Source: a virus
IMG/VR virus record: IMGVR_UViG_3300045988_182204
Strand: one strand, 5' to 3'
DNA length: 52,672 bases
Below, in pieces: positions 50,851 to 52,672 of this stretch (the stretch's first letter is position 1; every line of letters begins with the position of its first letter). The notes under the pieces were generated by a model. It was not told the DNA's origin and did not search any database. It saw nothing but the letters and a program-made list of their open reading frames with translations. A program made the translations under genes and the position numbers.

Positions 50851-52221
50851 ATGAAAGGTCTTTTCACAGGCAGAAATGCAATTCCATACAGGTATGGCTG
50901 TTATGGGTACACTCGCGGCGGTGGTAAAGTTTGGCACGGTGGTCAGGATGTTGTTGGTGAGGACAATGATGTCATTCATTTCCCCTACTATACATTTAAG
51001 GATGGCTCACAGAAAGCAATCACAGGCATTGTTCGTCAGGCTCGCATTGTAAAAGACAAGAGCAATAGGACATGGGAATGGGGATATTATGTGAGTGTGC
51101 AGCTTGATGCTAGCCAAACTCCTGATGCTGTTAACTGGCTGTACTTCTGTCACTGCTCCTCTCTGTTGGTTAAGGCTGGTCAGAAAGTCAAGAGCGGTGA
51201 TGCTCTGGCCATCATGGGCAATACAGGCAACGCTGCCCTCAATAATCCCCCATACAAACATTGTCATCTCGAAGTGCGTGCAACTGCTACGAGCAAAGGT
51301 TTGGATCCTACAGCATACTCTGGTCTGCCCAATAGTGTATGCTCTGTGAATATGCTGGGTGAAAGCAATAGCAACTATCTGGAAACACTGATTGATGTGA
51401 GCAAACATCAGGGCAAGATCGATTGGGCAAAGGTTCCATATAAAGCAATTGTGCGCGTTGGATATCGTGGCTATGGCAATGGACAGCTGATGAGAGATGA
51501 ACGATTTGAGGAGAATGTCAGAGGTGCTCTGCAGAACAACAAGCTCTTCGGATTCTATTTCTTCTCTCAGGCAATCACAACTGCGGAAGCAACGCTTGAA
51601 GCCGAATACGCTGTTGGGCTGATCAACACAATGACCTCTGGGCGTGGATATCCATTGTTCTTTGATGCCGAATGGAGTCATAGTGTACATGATGGCCGTG
51701 CCGACAAAATCAGTAAAGCCCAGCGAACTGCCTGTGCAAGAGCATTTTGTAAGAGAGCAACGGAGCTCGGCATGATCGCTGGTGTGTATACATTCACATC
51801 TTTCGTAGGTACAAATATTGATTATGAAGATCTGTGCAAAGACTATGTTGGGTGGCTTGCTGACTATCGTGCAAACTATGACAGGACACTTCCAAGGTAC
51901 ATTCATCAGTACACGAGCTCCGGTGTGGTTGCGGGCATCACAGGACATGTTGACATGAATCATCTGTTGAAAGCTCTGCCTGGTGCAAAAGACGAAGAAA
52001 AAGAAGAGGAAAAGCCTGTGAATGGGAAGTTACAGAAGCCAGTCATCTCTGGAGCGTCTGTGGAGAACGTGGAAGCGTTCCGAGAGCTGGCTGATAAATT
52101 ATCTATCTCGTTCGAAACGACCTCCACAGTGTCCTTCCAGGCGGTCTCACAGGGAGACGCAGACAAGATCCTGGCTCTTTCTAAAAAGTTGGGACTGAAA
52201 TATACAAGTTCTTGGGTGTGA
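50851..52221 (+). CDS. Endolysin: M23 peptidase + GH25 muramidase + C-terminal domain
   Basis: M23 motifs WHGGQDVVG and KHCHLEV. GH25-like IDVSKHQGKIDWAKV...VRVGYRGYGNG...FFDAEW. A Glu/Lys linker precedes a ~70-aa C-terminal domain. Confidence 0.85.
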   Translation: MKGLFTGRNAIPYRYGCYGYTRGGGKVWHGGQDVVGEDNDVIHFPYYTFKDGSQKAITGIVRQARIVKDKSNRTWEWGYYVSVQLDASQTPDAVNWLYFCHCSSLLVKAGQKVKSGDALAIMGNTGNAALNNPPYKHCHLEVRATATSKGLDPTAYSGLPNSVCSVNMLGESNSNYLETLIDVSKHQGKIDWAKVPYKAIVRVGYRGYGNGQLMRDERFEENVRGALQNNKLFGFYFFSQAITTAEATLEAEYAVGLINTMTSGRGYPLFFDAEWSHSVHDGRADKISKAQRTACARAFCKRATELGMIAGVYTFTSFVGTNIDYEDLCKDYVGWLADYRANYDRTLPRYIHQYTSSGVVAGITGHVDMNHLLKALPGAKDEEKEEEKPVNGKLQKPVISGASVENVEAFRELADKLSISFETTSTVSFQAVSQGDADKILALSKKLGLKYTSSWV

Positions 52222-52233
52222 GGTGATAAATAC

Positions 52234-52672
52234 ATGCAAACAATTACATTGAAAGGTTATGGGACAAATATTCCTCCCTATGAGGCCATAGAGCTTGGCA
52301 CTTATGACAGTTATGGAGTTGAACAACTACAAATCGTGCCATCTCATGGATGGGAGAATCTTTCGATCATTGCCTCTTTCTTTCCACCTTCTGGTGCTGA
52401 GCCTATCAAAGTTGCAGTATTATCTAGTGGAATTATCGATGTTCCTCCAGGAGCAACTGCAAAGCAATCAGGAAAAGGCATTATTGTATTTGCTGGCTAT
52501 AAAGCAAATACTCAACTGATCTCTACAAATGTTGCCTATAACATCAGGGATCACAAAGATATTGCGTCTGGTGATCCTGTGTGCCCAACTCCAAGCGTTG
52601 TAGACCAAATTATGAACGCTGCAAAGGCTGCTCAGGAAAATGCAGAAAAGGCAGCAGGCAGTGCAAAAAAAG
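52234..52672 (+). CDS. Tail fibre protein, 5' part (gene continues across the junction to 2195)
   Basis: ATG at 52234 follows GGTGA. The ORF is open to the window end and in the same frame as ORF 6..2195 once the 99-nt overlap is collapsed. The full gene is 52234..52573 plus 1..2195, about 844 aa. Confidence 0.8.
   Translation, partial: MQTITLKGYGTNIPPYEAIELGTYDSYGVEQLQIVPSHGWENLSIIASFFPPSGAEPIKVAVLSSGIIDVPPGATAKQSGKGIIVFAGYKANTQLISTNVAYNIRDHKDIASGDPVCPTPSVVDQIMNAAKAAQENAEKAAGSAKK
52574..52672. repeat. Terminal duplication (copy of 1-99)
   Basis: Exact 99-nt repeat of the window start. Confidence 0.95.

Noticed and set aside
1-52672. Alternative genetic code (TAG or TGA reassignment), as in some gut phages
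   Set aside because: All large genes (terL, portal, TMP, PolA, primase, SNF2, endolysin) are uninterrupted under the standard code. The only suspicious in-frame stops are local (20758-20799) and involve both TAG and TAA.
1-52672. Integrase, repressor or attP (temperate lifestyle), and transposases or other mobile elements
   Set aside because: No tyrosine or serine recombinase motifs, CI/Cro-like divergent pair or transposase-like ORF was seen. Every ORF above about 150 aa is otherwise accounted for.

Overview
The window is one complete, circularly closed tailed dsDNA phage genome of about 52,573 bp; bases 1-99 are repeated exactly at 52574-52672. Morphogenesis genes are siphovirus-type. The host looks like a Bacillota/Clostridia-like bacterium, based on XkdX, XhlA, a phi-LC3-type holin, a SpoIIID-like regulator and BclA-like/collagen-like proteins. 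I saw no integrase or repressor.

Two divergent transcription arms leave a 1.07-kb non-coding iteron/AT-rich region (48537-49604).
- Rightward arm (49605, across the contig junction, to 24929): terS, dUTPase, M23+GH25 endolysin, collagen-like tail fibre, terL, portal, MuF, scaffold, capsid, connectors, tail, tape measure, Dit/Gp37-like proteins, holin, XhlA and a late cargo block.
- Leftward arm (48536 down to 24953): sigma factor, about 15 small early ORFs, SpoIIID-like HTH, nucleotide-pool enzymes, primase-helicase, family-A DNA polymerase, two tRNAs in a structured spacer, a recombination module, a base-modification operon, and VRR-NUC plus SNF2 helicase.
- The arms converge on a bidirectional terminator near 24.95 kb.

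Most interesting observations:
1. A T4-gp42-like dCMP hydroxymethylase, small kinase, radical-SAM/SPASM enzyme and GT-A glycosyltransferase operon. With a MazG-like enzyme, dCMP deaminase and a hypermodification-family-like protein elsewhere, it suggests an undescribed DNA hypermodification pathway.
2. The heptamer CCTTAAC occurs at least 33 times co-oriented with transcription/replication and 3 times in the opposite sense.
3. An iteron/AT-rich candidate origin at the divergence point.
4. A highly structured 0.69-kb non-coding tRNA locus.
5. Sporulation-type regulators and an exosporium-like late cargo module.

All functional calls come from reading motifs by eye and from memory of protein families. 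No database search was run.
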